Both the position numbers and the translations under genes were made by a program. Below the pieces are notes generated by a model, which was given only the letters and a program-made list of their open reading frames with translations, ran no database searches and was not told the DNA's origin. Below, in pieces: positions 36,101 to 49,402 of a stretch of DNA of 64,000 nucleotides (position 1 is the first letter of the stretch; each line of letters starts with the position of its first letter). Origin of the DNA: Nemertoderma westbladi (lineage: Eukaryota > Animalia > Xenacoelomorpha); the NCBI GenBank assembly GCA_032718475.1, contig JAUCBJ010002701.1, forward strand, positions 1 to 64,000. Direction: 5' to 3'.

Positions 36101-39100
36101 ATTGTCGTGTTTTGTCTAGCCTTGTTTAACTACCTAGCCTCCTTTATTTGGGATGGATATATTTATATCCATTGCATCGATTTGATTTATATATAAATGA
36201 CGTGCATTGTCGTGTTTTGTCTTGCCTTGTCTAACTGCCTAGCATCCTTTATTTGGGATGGATATATTTATATCCATTGCATCGATTTGATTTATATATA
36301 AATGACGTGCATTGTCGTGTTTTGTCTTGCCTTGTCTAACTGCCTAGCCTCCTTTATTTGGGATGGATATATTTATATCCAGTGCATCGATTTGATTTAT
36401 ATATAAATGACGTGCATTGTCGTGTTTTGTCTTGCCTTGTCTAACTGCCTAGCCTCCTTTATTTGGGATGGATATATTTATATCCATTGCATCGATTTGA
36501 TTTATATATAAATGACGTGCATTGTCGTGTTTTGTCTTGCCTTGTCTAACTGCCTAGCCTCCTTTATTTGGGATGGATATATTTATATCCATTGCATTGC
36601 ATCGATTTGATTTATATATAAATGACGTGCATTGTCGTGTTTTGTCTAGCCTTGTTTAACTACCTAGCCTCCTTTATTTGGGATGGATATATTTATATCC
36701 ATTGCATCGATTTGATTTATATATAAATGACGTGCATTGTCGTGTTTTGTCTTGCCTTGTCTAACTGCCTAGCCTCCTTTATTTGGGATGGATATATTTA
36801 TATCCATTGCATCGATTTGATTTATATATAAATGACTTGCATTGTCGTGTTTTGTCTTGCCTTGTCTAACTGCCTAGCCTCCTTTATTTGGGATGGATAT
36901 ATTTATATCCATTGCATTGCATCGATTTGATTTATATATAAATGACGTGCATTGTCGTGTTTTGTCTTGCCTTGTCTAACTGCCTAGCCTCCTTTATTTG
37001 GGATGGATATATTTATATCCATTGCATTGCATCGATTTGATTTATATATAAATGACGTGCATTGTCGTGTTTTGTCTAGCCTTGTTTAACTACCTAGCCT
37101 CCTTTATTTGGGATGGATATATTTATATCCATTGCATCGATTTGATTTATATATAAATGACGTGCATTGTCGTGTTTTGTCTTGCCTTGTCTAACTGCCT
37201 AGCCTCCTTTATTTGGGATGGATATATTTATATCCATTGCATCGATTTGATTTATATATAAATGACGTGCATTGTCGTGTTTTGTCTTGCCTTGTCTAAC
37301 TGCCTAGCCTCCTTTATTTGGGATGGATATATTTATATCCAGTGCATCGATTTGATTTATATATAAATGACGTGCATTGTCGTGTTTTGTCTTGCCTTGT
37401 CTAACTGCCTAGCCTCCTTTATTTGGGATGGATATATTTATATCCATTGCATCGATTTGATTTATATATAAATGACGTGCATTGTCGTGTTTTGTCTTGC
37501 CTTGTCTAACTGCCTAGCCTCCTTTATTTGGGATGGATATATTTATATCCATTGCATTGCATCGATTTGATTTATATATAAATGACGTGCATTGTCGTGT
37601 TTTGTCTAGCCTTGTTTAACTACCTAGCCTCCTTTATTTGGGATGGATATATTTATATCCATTGCATCGATTTGATTTATATATAAATGACGTGCATTGT
37701 CGTGTTTTGTCTTGCCTTGTCTAACTGCCTAGCCTCCTTTATTTGGGATGGATATATTTATATCCATTGCATCGATTTGATTTATATATAAATGACTTGC
37801 ATTGTCGTGTTTTGTCTTGCCTTGTCTAACTGCCTAGCCTCCTTTATTTGGGATGGATATATTTATATCCATTGCATCGATTTGATTTATATATAAATGA
37901 CGTGCATTGTCGTGTTTTGTCTTGCCTTGTCTAACTGCCTAGCCTTCTTTATTTGGGATGGATATATTTATATCCAGTGCATCGATTTGATTTATATATA
38001 AATGACGTGCATTGTCGTGTTTTGTCTTGCCTTGTCTAACTGCCTAGCCTTCTTTATTTGGGATGGATATATTTATATCCATTGCATCGATTTGATTTAT
38101 GTATAAATGACGTGCATTGTCGTGTTTTGTCTAGCCTTGTTTAACTGCCTAGCCTTCTTTATTTGGGATGGATATATTTTTTCCATTGCATCGATTTGAT
38201 TTATATATAAATGACGTGCATTGTCGTGTTTTGTCTAGCCTTGTTTAACTGCCTAGCCTCCTTTATTTGGGATGGATATATTTATATCCATTGCATCGAT
38301 TTGATTTATATATAAATGACGTGCATTGTCGTGTTTTGTCTTGACTTGTTTAACTGCCTAGCCTTCTTTATTTGGGATGGATATATTTATATCCATTGCA
38401 TCGATTTGATTTATATATAAATGACGTGCATTGTCGTGTTTTGTCTTGCCTTGTCTAACTACCTAGCCTCCTTTATTTGGGATGGATATATTTATATCCA
38501 TTGCATCGATTTGATTTATATATAAATGACGTGCATTGTCATGTTTTGTCTAGCCTTGTCTAACTGCCTAGCCTCCTTTATTTGGGATGGATATATTTAT
38601 ATCCATTGCATCGATTTGATTTATATATAAATGACGTGCATTGTCGTGTTTTGTCTTGCCTTGTCTAACTGCCTAGCCTCCTTTATTTGGGATGGATATA
38701 TTTATATCCATTGCATCGATTTGATTTATATATAAATGACGTGCATTGTCGTGTTTTGTCTTGCCTTGTCTAACTGCCTAGCCTTCTTTATTTGGGATGG
38801 ATATATTTATATCCATTGCATCGATTTGATTTATATATAAATGACGTGCATTGTCGTGTTTTGTCTTGCCTTGTCTAACTGCCTAGCCTTCTTTATTTGG
38901 GATGGATATATTTATATCCATTGCATCGATTTGATTTATGTATAAATGACGTGCATTGTCGTGTTTTGTCTAGCCTTGTTTAACTGCCTAGCCTTCTTTA
39001 TTTGGGATGGATATATTTTTTCCATTGCATCGATTTGATTTATATATAAATGACGTGCATTGTCGTGTTTTGTCTAGCCTTGTTTAACTGCCTAGCCTTC

Positions 39101-41127
39101 TTTATTTGGGATGGATATATTTTTTCCATTGCATCGATTTGATTTATATATAAATGACGTGCATTGTCGTGTTTTGTCTTGCCTTGTCTAACTACCTAGC
39201 CTCCTTTATTTGGGATGGATATATTTATATCCATTGCATCGATTTGATTTATATATAAATGACGTGCATTGTCGTGTTTTGTCTAGCCTTGTTTAACTGC
39301 CTAGCCTCCTTTATTTGGGATGGATATATTTATATCCATTGCATCGATTTGATTTATATATAAATGACGTGCATTGTCGTGTTTTGTCTTGCCTTGTCTA
39401 ATTGCCTAGCCTTCTTTATTTGGGATGGATATATTTATATCCAGTGCATCGATTTGATTTATATATAAATGACGTGCATTGTCGTGTTTTGTCTTGCCTT
39501 GTCTAACTACCTAGCCTCCTTTATTTGGGATGGATATATTTATATCCAGTGCATCGATTTGATTTATATATAAATGACGTGCATTGTCGTGTTTTGTCTT
39601 GCCTTGTTTAACTGCCTAGCCTCCTTTATTTGGGATGGATATATTTATATCCATTGCATCGATTTGATTTATATATAAATGACGTGCATTGTCGTGTTTT
39701 GTCTTGCCTTGTCTAACTGCCTAGCCTCCTTTATTTGGGATGGATATATTTATATCCATTGCATTGCATCGATTTGATTTATATATAAATGACGTGCATT
39801 GTCGTGTTTTGTCTAGCCTTGTTTAACTACCTAGCCTCCTTTATTTGGGATGGATATATTTATATCCATTGCATCGATTTGATTTATATATAAATGACGT
39901 GCATTGTCGTGTTTTGTCTTGCCTTGTCTAACTGCCTAGCCTCCTTTATTTGGGATGGATATATTTATATCCAGTGCATCGATTTGATTTATATATAAAT
40001 GACTTGCATTGTCGTGTTTTGTCTTGCCTTGTCTAACTACCTAGCCTCCTTTATTTGGGATGGATATATTTATATCCAGTGCATCGATTTGATTTATATA
40101 TAAATGACGTGCATTGTCGTGTTTTGTCTTGCCTTGTTTAACTGCCTAGCCTCCTTTATTTGGGATGGATATATTTATATCCATTGCATCGATTTGATTT
40201 ATATATAAATGACGTGCATTGTCGTGTTTTGTCTTGCCTTGTCTAACTGCCTAGCCTCCTTTATTTGGGATGGATATATTTATATCCATTGCATTGCATC
40301 GATTTGATTTATATATAAATGACGTGCATTGTCGTGTTTTGTCTAGCCTTGTTTAACTACCTAGCCTCCTTTATTTGGGATGGATATATTTATATCCATT
40401 GCATCGATTTGATTTATATATAAATGACGTGCATTGTCGTGTTTTGTCTTGCCTTGTCTAACTGCCTAGCCTCCTTTATTTGGGATGGATATATTTATAT
40501 CCAGTGCATCGATTTGATTTATATATAAATGACTTGCATTGTCGTGTTTTGTCTTGCCTTGTCTAACTGCCTAGCCTCCTTTATTTGGGATGGATATATT
40601 TATATCCATTGCATCGATTTGATTTATATATAAATGACGTGCATTGTCGTGTTTTGTCTTGCCTTGTCTAACTGCCTAGCCTTCTTTATTTGGGATGGAT
40701 ATATTTATATCCAGTGCATCGATTTGATTTATATATAAATGACGTGCATTGTCGTGTTTTGTCTTGCCTTGTCTAACTGCCTAGCCTTCTTTATTTGGGA
40801 TGGATATATTTATATCCATTGCATCGATTTGATTTATGTATAAATGACGTGCATTGTCGTGTTTTGTCTAGCCTTGTTTAACTGCCTAGCCTTCTTTATT
40901 TGGGATGGATATATTTTTTCCATTGCATCGATTTGATTTATATATAAATGACGTGCATTGTCGTGTTTTGTCTAGCCTTGTTTAACTGCCTAGCCTCCTT
41001 TATTTGGGATGGATATATTTATATCCATTGCATCGATTTGATTTATATATAAATGACGTGCATTGTCGTGTTTTGTCTTGACTTGTTTAACTGCCTAGCC
41101 TTCTTTATTTGGGATGGATATATTTAT
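33106..41127. repeat. 105-bp satellite, right arm, about 76 copies, with variant blocks
   Basis: Same unit as 10495-14187, resuming in register after the GATAT TSD. Confidence 0.98.
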
Positions 41128-41953
41128 TATTAATAATTTTATTTTTATGCATTACTAATAATTATAATTTTGATTAACATATATTTTATGAACTCCGAAC
41201 TTAACAATTTTATCGCCAGTTATAATAATTTCGGAATGGATATTTTCCGATGTACTTTTAATTATTATGTGGCTCTGTGCAATTAACATTTATATGGTCT
41301 CTCTTGAGATTTTTAATATAGGCGCTAAAGCGCACTGAAACTGAACTGAACTGATTGCGTCTGGTTCACCCCCACCACCCCTTGGGATTGTGATTGGTCC
41401 ACCTCTGTTCTGTTGACGTTGAGTTACTGTTATATAATATTTAGTTCATTATATTATGTTAATGAGCTATGGTGTAGGCCTTCGCTCCACTGGTCATCTG
41501 CAACGATGTTAACAAACTTATAATTAACTCCTCCCTTGTACTACATTACTTGCATTAATTATAATGTAAACGAAAACCTGTTTGTCGGATGGGGTGGTGA
41601 TAGGATTGGTAATGTTCTTTCAAAAAAAAATGAATTTGTTAAATACAGTATTAAGCAAGGAAAGATCACGTTTAAGTTGTTTTCCAACTTAAATTCAGTA
41701 ATGGTACTTAAAAAAAACTCGATAGGTAAGGTGCGGAGATTTTATAATAGAGATTCAATACAATTAATTATTTAATTATTAATTAATTAATTAATTTATT
41801 ATTATATCAAAGTGAGATAATCGTAAGTTCATGTAATGTAGATGTAGCCTAAGTTATTTATTACAGTTATTTATTACACATTGTTTTAATTCATGTGCAT
41901 AATAGGCTTGACCAATCCTAAAATTCGGCCCCCAGCCCCCCCCCCCCCCCCCC

Positions 41954-43984
41954 CACAGTGGGCCAGAAACCCTGTTTTGTGGCCAAAATTAATTTTTTTG
42001 AAAAATATTCTTAGTTTGGATACTATTTTTCACCTTTCCGGGTTTTCGAAGCGGCGAATCTCCAAAATTGGCATATTTGGCAAACAAAATAAACACAGAC
42101 ATAATGGCGCAGATTTCGGTTCTACATGGTTTAACAGGAAGCTAAAGCGTTAAAAAATGGTTTCAAATTATCTAGTAGCACTGAAGTGCCACTTTATAGC
42201 ATGTGGCACATGGTACACGTGTTTAGCATGGCACAAAATATCAAAATCGCTATAAAGCTTCCTAGAAATGTGCCATTTTCGCTTTATTTAGGTTTTCAAA
42301 GGTGCTGATACGATTACAAATGGTTTCGAATTCTCTAGTGGAACAGAGGTGCCACTTTTTAGCACGTGGCACATTTGTTTAGCATGGCACAAAATATCAA
42401 AATTGCTAAAGCTTTATAGAAATGTGCCATTTTCGGTTTATTCAGGTTTTCAAAGGTGCTGATTCGATTACAAATGGTTTTGAATTCTATAGTGGCACAG
42501 AGGTGCCACTCTTTAGCATGTGGCATATTCGTTTACCATGGCACAAAATATCAAAATTGCTAAAGCTCTATAGAAATGTGCCATTTTCGGTTTATTCAGG
42601 TTTTCAAAGGTGCTGATTCGATTACAAATGGTTTTGAATTCTAGAGTGGCACAGATGTGCCACTCTTTAGCATGTGCCACATTCGTATTCGTATTTTTGA
42701 CATGTTCAATAAGTGGCACAATTTCCTGCAACCTTTATCATTATTAACTTAGATATGAAATTATTAATACGTTCATTAGGTCTATGGTAACTCGATTAAA
42801 TGCACAATTAGCACAATACTGACTAGGTTAATAATGTAATGGTTTTGGATTCTATATTATGGATGGCTTTGTCTTGGCCGAGCCCCGCATCGTCCCCGAA
42901 ACCAAGTCCACGCCAGCTACGTCTACTTCCACGGAGGCACAGCGAACTGGACCGGAGGATTTCCTGCAATCTTAGTTAACTGAAGTAAATTTGTAATCCT
43001 GTTTACCGTTGATCTAAAACCGTAACACCAAGCACCTCATTTCCCGCCTGTCTGTTTCTATTTTATCACAATTAAACGGAATTTTTGCTCGTGGGAGAAC
43101 AACAATGAAATATGTAGACTGCATCAGGTAAGTTTGATTGTTCTTTGGTTTATACTCCAGTATGATATCCATCAGTCAGTACTGGGGGTTGCAAACCGCA
43201 CTGTTCGATACTAGCGGTATATATTCCTCATAAACTGCCGACTGAGGTTTGTGAGGAATAATTTGGGGGAAAAGACGACTAGTACTGTAGTAGTCTCAAT
43301 TGTTAATAATAACATTATTGACTTATTTTCCAGATTATAATTACAAAAAACACAGATTATCAAACAAGCACACAATACAGCATTAGGTACACAACACTAC
43401 AGTAGTTGGTTTGGTATAGGCCTACATATAGCAGATTTGTAGAAAATCATACCTGCATACCCAAAAACAATTCAAATTTCCCACTGAAGGCGCAGCTAGG
43501 CGCAGCCTTTCCATTTGCTTCAAACAAAACACTACAATAGTGGTAGAAAGTGATCCCAAGGGTTTTGGGACAGGATATCAGGGGATTGGGATTTGCCGGC
43601 TTCCGAAATTTGGAAATTCAATATTTTTACTGTGGTCAAAGCGTTTATTTGTCAGCTGAAACCATTCGATTGCTTTCTACAGTATAGAACTTGGTGTTAA
43701 TGGATAGATCTCATTGTATAGAACATTTTTAAAAAAAAATTCAAATTCTGACTAGTAGAAAAATTTTGCTGATTATTTTGTGCATTTTTTTAATGAAAAT
43801 TTTTGTTCTAGAATATTTCAAAAAAAGTGAAAAATAACGAACTTTAAAACATTAAAAATTAAATTTTTTCGAATTGTTTTTTTTAATTATATCTTTCAAA
43901 ATATTGGCAATTAGATATGATATGTGTAAAATAAAAATAAAAAAATTTATTTTAGGGTATTTTGGCCACCATTTGCCCACTGTG
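41954..43984. mobile_element. Non-autonomous Transib-like DNA transposon with CACAGTG termini
   Basis: Termini CACAGTGGGC...GCCCACTGTG, a shared subterminal GTGGCCAAAAT, C-runs on both sides compatible with a 5-bp TSD, and no transposase ORF. Confidence 0.75.
42160..42690. repeat. 154-bp internal tandem repeat, about 3.5 copies, inside the Transib-like element
   Basis: aatgtgccattttc recurs at 42267, 42421 and 42575. Confidence 0.9.
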
Positions 43985-45228
43985 CCCCCCCTCTTGGCCA
44001 AAACTTAGATACGCCACTACTAGCCCATGAAGAAATAATAATTAATTAAAGGAATTCTGCGTCTGATGGTTTTGTTTCCGCTTTCTACAACATCATCGGA
44101 AAAAGCCCCAGTCGCCGTTATAATTGCTAGCAGAAGATTTATATCAGAAAATTATTCTTCCATTGACTTAAATATATAACGAGCTTAGTGTTCGTGATGT
44201 TGCTGTTACTGTATGTCACGGTTGATGTTGCGTCTTAAACAGAGAAAAATAAGGAATATATATTGTATCCTCCATTTGGCCAAATTCACACGTTCTTGTC
44301 TCAATGCAGATTTGGCTCACCCCTCTTCTACTATTTCTGACCAATAGGCCTAGTGATTTTATTTGTCTTTCAATTGGTTTAGTCACTGGCCAATGAGAGA
44401 AATTCTTACTTTACCAAGTTTTCTGTATATTTTACTTGTTTTGTGTGATTTTATTTCTTTATCACATTGTAAATCCATCTAATCATTATAAACTTTAACT
44501 TTATTTTACATTTTCTGACTCTATTTCGTCCGTAGTTTACGATTTAGGCGCCACACTACCGGTATCTCTACTAATATTTTATGAAGTTAACTGCAGTATT
44601 GTTTTTATATTTTCAACTATATTGTTAAAGGGGGGGGGGGTGGGTGGGGGGTCAATTTGGGGGTGCTACCCCCACCCCCAAATTGAACCTCACATTTTTG
44701 TGTCTCTGGACCATAAAATTGGGTGAAAATTATTTTTTCTGCTACTAAACTTCGTCTGGACTGTCTGAGAATAGCTAAACCAAATATTTTTAAAATTGGC
44801 TCAAAATGGCTCCGTAATGGCCAAAAGGGCCTTTTTGCGCCAAGGGCTATTTCTCCACCAATATTTGTTGAAAATTGTCGAAATTTGGAAATAGGTTCAG
44901 AAGAACCTTGCATCCAATTCTTCTTAACAAATTTTGCCTCAATTGCTCTGGAGCCTTTTTAGAACAAAAAGGCCCCAAAAAGGGCTTTTTGTTTGGGCCT
45001 TTTTGATATAAAAGGCTTCAGGGCATTTCCAACCAAATTTGTTAAGAAGAAGTATGGAGAAGGGTAATCTTAACAATTGTACCAAATTTCAACTCATTTC
45101 AGTTAAAATTAGCGGAGAAATAGCCTTTTTCATGAAAAAACGTCATTCTGAGATAAAAAGATGTTTAATGTTTAAGGAACAATTTAAGACATCCCGCTAT
45201 TTTAGATAATACCAATTTTTCTATGTTC

Positions 45229-45449
45229 AATCTTGTACTTTGGCAGCCTCATGGAGTGAATAAGCATGGTGGACAGCCCATGACTTTCTTGAGACGCATC
45301 TTAAAGGACACTGGCCTTGAAGATGCGGATGATCTAGCAACTGTCATGGGTGATAGGGAGTTGTGCCGGCGCAATTTTGCCGACAAGCCGGAACAGCATT
45401 TTTTAAAATTCAGCTGCAATGCAGCATGCCGATCCTAGTAGTAGTAGTG
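45229..45449 (+). mobile_element. 5'-truncated 3'-end copy of the same RTE family as 891-3801
   Basis: Near-identical to the reverse complement of about 891-1102 (WQPHGVNKHGGQPM..RRILKDTGLEDADDLA), with the same gccgatcc(tag)n tail. Confidence 0.92.
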
Positions 45450-45652
45450 GGATCGAGACCGTGGCCTTCTTAATGAAACCTTATAAAAGTATTTACATAT
45501 CATTACAATTTTCCATAGAAATGGCTAAATTAATAAATAAATAATATCAATAAATAAAAATAAATAAATAAATAATAAATAAAATAAATATATAAATATT
45601 AAATGAAATAAATAATTAAATAATAAATGACCAAATTCATTAACCAAATCAT

Positions 45653-48600
45653 TACTACTACTACTACTAGGTCGAGCGAACTCGGACAGTGGAAATGAGA
45701 TCCTTCCAGGCTTCCCGATTCTCCATAGTTGTCGCAGTTTCGTTTCTCCCAAGTTCAGTATCCCTTTCAAGTTGCTCTATATATGTTATGGCCGGTCGTC
45801 CACGACTACGCTTTCCATGAGATGGTTGCCAGAGAAGTAGATCTGGTATGACCTCGTCTTTACTTCGCCAGCAGTGCCCACTGAATCTTAATCTGCGTTC
45901 ACGGAGGGTGGTTGATACAGGTGGTATTGTACCATAAAGCTCGGCGTTTGTCATGTGTTGTCTCCAGCTGATGTTTAGGGCTGCCCTTAGTAGTCTTGTG
46001 TAGCAACCATCATTTCGTTGTTCAAGTGATTTAGTCAGTGTCCAGGTCTCACCCCCGTATAAAAATACACTTTCCACTGTGGCTCGAAAGAACTTAGTCT
46101 TCAGGTGCCTGGAGAGATCTGATTTCCAGATGGTATCCATTTTTGATAGAGCTACCCAAGCCTTTGCTTTCCTAACTTCTATGTCCTTTTTGCTACTCTC
46201 TACCAATGATCCTAGGTACTAGAAGTCGTCAACCTTCCTTAGTTGATTATTATCAATGGTTGTCAAGTTTCCATGAACATTAAAAGTCATGAATTCGGTC
46301 TTTGTAGCATTTATATGCAATCCAACCTCCTTAGCAGCCCTCTCCACTTTATTTAGTAGGAGCTGTGCATCTGCTAGTGTATTAGAGAGCAGGGCGATGT
46401 CATCCGCAAAGTCTGTGTCTGTGACTGTAGTTGCCGGATATCTACTACTTCTGCGTTCTTGAAGTGTGAATCCCAGGTCTTCACCCTTTGTGGCCGTCCT
46501 CATTGCGTAATCCAGCACAATTACAAATAGTAATGGTGCTAATGTGTCACCTTGCAGTACGCCAGCCAGGATTGAGAAAAACTCAGTTTCACCATCTGGT
46601 GAGAGTACCTGCGCTTCTGTGTCACAATATAACAATCCAATGCCAGCAACAATTACTTCTGGTATTCCATAAGCTCTTAGGATTTCAAGCATTTTACCTC
46701 TATGGATGGAGTCGAATGCCTTCTTGAAGTCCACAAAAGTCATGACTGCGGGGAGATTCTTTGACTTAATTCCTTCAATCAGTCTCCGTAGTGCAAGTAT
46801 CTGAGCTATTGTTGATCTACTTGGTCGAAATCCGTTTTGGCTCTTACGCAGTAGTTTCTCTATGTGAGGCCTAATCCTATATAGAATCATTGTATATTTT
46901 GGCAGCAACCACAAGCAGACAGATCCCATGATAGTTTGTTGATATGCCGAGGTCTCCTTTCTTGGGGAGAGGCTTTAGTTGAAGTTCCCAAATTGGTGGT
47001 GGCTTTTCCCCTTTTAACATCCGGTTGCAAACATTCAATAATGGTCTGCTTAGCACTCCGGTTTTCCATACCTCCGCTGGGATTTCATCTAATCCACTCG
47101 CTTTATTATTGGACATGCTTTTAATGCTTCTTTGGAGTTCGGCAGGTGTGAAGTCCCCTGTTTCTATAGGTAGTGTCTTGTCATATATTTTCCTTGTAGG
47201 GCTGACCTCGATGTTTGGTGGCTGCCCAAGCAAGTTGCTGAAGTGATTTTTCCACTTCCCAACACGTTCTTCAGGACTATCGGCTTTGAGGCGCCCCTTT
47301 GCACAACTTTTCCGACCAGATACTTCATTTACAGTTTGCCAGGTAAGTCTTGATTGTTGCTGTATGTGAGCAGTTGTAATTGCTAATTTGCTTGCTTGTC
47401 CTGGGTTTGCTGGCTCTCAAACTGAGTCTGATCTCTGCAGTCACAATTCTGTGGTCCGAACCAATTAGGCTGAACGAGCTGTATGCCTCGCAGTTGATCA
47501 TGCTGTTTCTCCACTTTTTGTTTATAAGGATGTAATCCAATTGCGATTTGGTTCCATTGGGGTATTGAAAGGTCTATAGCTTCCCCTTACTCTTTTCGAA
47601 TGTGTTGTTTGTTGGTATCAATTCACATTCTTCCATTTGGTCTAAAAGTAAGTACCCATTTCTGTTAGAACTGGTGTTATAGGTGAAACCCTTGATGTCT
47701 TCTGGGCCAATTTGCGCATTCAGGTCACCAGCAATGACTTTAACATTGTGTTTCGGAATGTCCTTTATAAGTCCAGTCAGTTCTTCATAAAACTTGACTG
47801 CTTGTTCTGGCTCTGAGGCATTGGTTGGACTGTAGCAACATATAACTGTTGCCTTGGGATTCCCATCAAATGTTGCGATCATAAGCCTGGAATTTATAGA
47901 TTCGATGTTGTTAAGGGTTTTAAGTGCAAATGGGTTTAGCAGAATTCCTACTCCAACAATTGATGCATTGGCCGAGTTTCTTACTGCTGAGCTTGTTACT
48001 AACGTCCATCCATTTCCAGTGTCTTGCATGACAAATCCGATGTTCTTGGATGCAGATGATGTCGATGTTATATTCCATTGCCAGAGCGACCATGTCACCC
48101 TGTTTGGTATGTGCTTTCAGCGTGCGTGCGTTCATTGTAGCAATCTTTAGTGTCTTTTTACATTTCAACAGGTTGGTTCTTCTTTCTTCTCTGTCTTCTG
48201 TTCCAGTAGCCAATTTATCGACCCCAGCCTGGTGTACCACTGAGGGACGCGGTTGTTGACCCGGGCGACGACCGAGCCGGTATTTCTCCTGGAGGGTTCT
48301 CATACTCATATCTTTCAGTTGCGGGAGTAAACCGCTTGTGGTCGCAACTCCTACAAGCGTCTTCGCAGTAGGTCGCCGTTGGTTGATTACCTTCCGCCAC
48401 CTTGTCAGCATGTCTAACCGTAGGTTGATTACCTTCCGCCTATCCATGGCCTACAGCCCTGCTGCCGACTGTAGGGGTCCATTTGTTACACCCTGAACCA
48501 AGTGTGCCTCCTGGGTTAGGTTAGCTAACTCTGGTAGAGGAGCATCCAGTATAGACAGGGCGGGGCGTGTATCATCTCTAATGCAGATGCGTATCAAGCC

Positions 48601-48790
48601 TTTGCCTTCAATGGTGCCCTAGGCGCTATAGCCCTCAATGACTTATTTAGTTGACGGGGCTAAACCAACCCACTCTTGATCAACTAAATAATGAATTGCT
48701 TATCGGGCCTGCCCTACTGGGCTGACAGCTACAGGTAGTACCACATTACTGCCATAGTGGAAGCAGGATCTGTGGACCTGACCTGACCAT
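45653..48790 (-). mobile_element. Decayed, apparently near full-length RTE-clade LINE of a second family, inserted in an AT-rich (taaa)n tract
   Basis: Frameshifted ORF pieces: KIATMNARTL, CIQEHR, CYSPTN, GDLNAQIG, DYILI, SDH, VDFKKAFDS, GVLQGDTLAP, DFADD, RLRFSGH. (TAG)n tail at 45653-45669 and a GC-richer 5' UTR up to about 48790. Confidence 0.92.
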
Positions 48791-49402
48791 TCAAATATAT
48801 AATAATTTAATTAAATAAATAAAAATTATAAATGAAATAAATTAATAAATAATAATTGAAATAAATAAATAAATAATAATTGATATAAATAAATAAATAA
48901 ATAAATAAAATGAATAAATAAATAATTGAAATAAAGATATAAAATATGTTGTAGTTATCTTCATTAATCATATTTTGTTGTCTTTTTCCAACATTATAAT
49001 TTGTTTGACGTTTGAATTGAATTTTAGGGTACCTGTTTCTGATAAAAAGTAAAAAAAAAATAATTTTTTTAACTGATTCTGGATCACCATTTAATCGCGA
49101 TTTCACAACTAAAATCGAAATTGCAAGATCTCTTTTAGTACTCGAGTTATAGCTGATGCCTGTCTGTCAAAATCCGACAAAATTAATAATCCCACGCATT
49201 GTACAGTTTTCGCTATAAGATTTTGAAGTGAAATTTCATTTCTAATGTATGTTTAAATGTACATAATAGTAAAATTTATTAGAGACTTACTGAACTATTA
49301 GTTTACATTACTCAGTATTCAATAATGAATTGAGTCCAGTAAAAGTTTTATTTTATACTTTTGGAATTTGAACTTTAATGAAGGAGCAGAATAATTGATA
49401 TC

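Larger units (their letters stand above)
10460..41351 (+). mobile_element. Short non-LTR (L2-like 3' end) insertion that hosts the 105-bp satellite and the LTR element
   Basis: 14-bp direct repeat tgattgcgtctggt at 10446-10459 and 41352-41365. The 3' end is a gcgct-aa-agcgc inverted repeat followed by a (ctgaa)n tail. The C-rich flanks read as contiguous once the insert is removed. Confidence 0.6.

Noticed and set aside
42859-43132. Small GC-richer ORF and a CAG|GTAAGT donor inside the Transib-like element as a captured gene
   Set aside because: Only 38 codons, no recognisable motif and no consistent exon chain.
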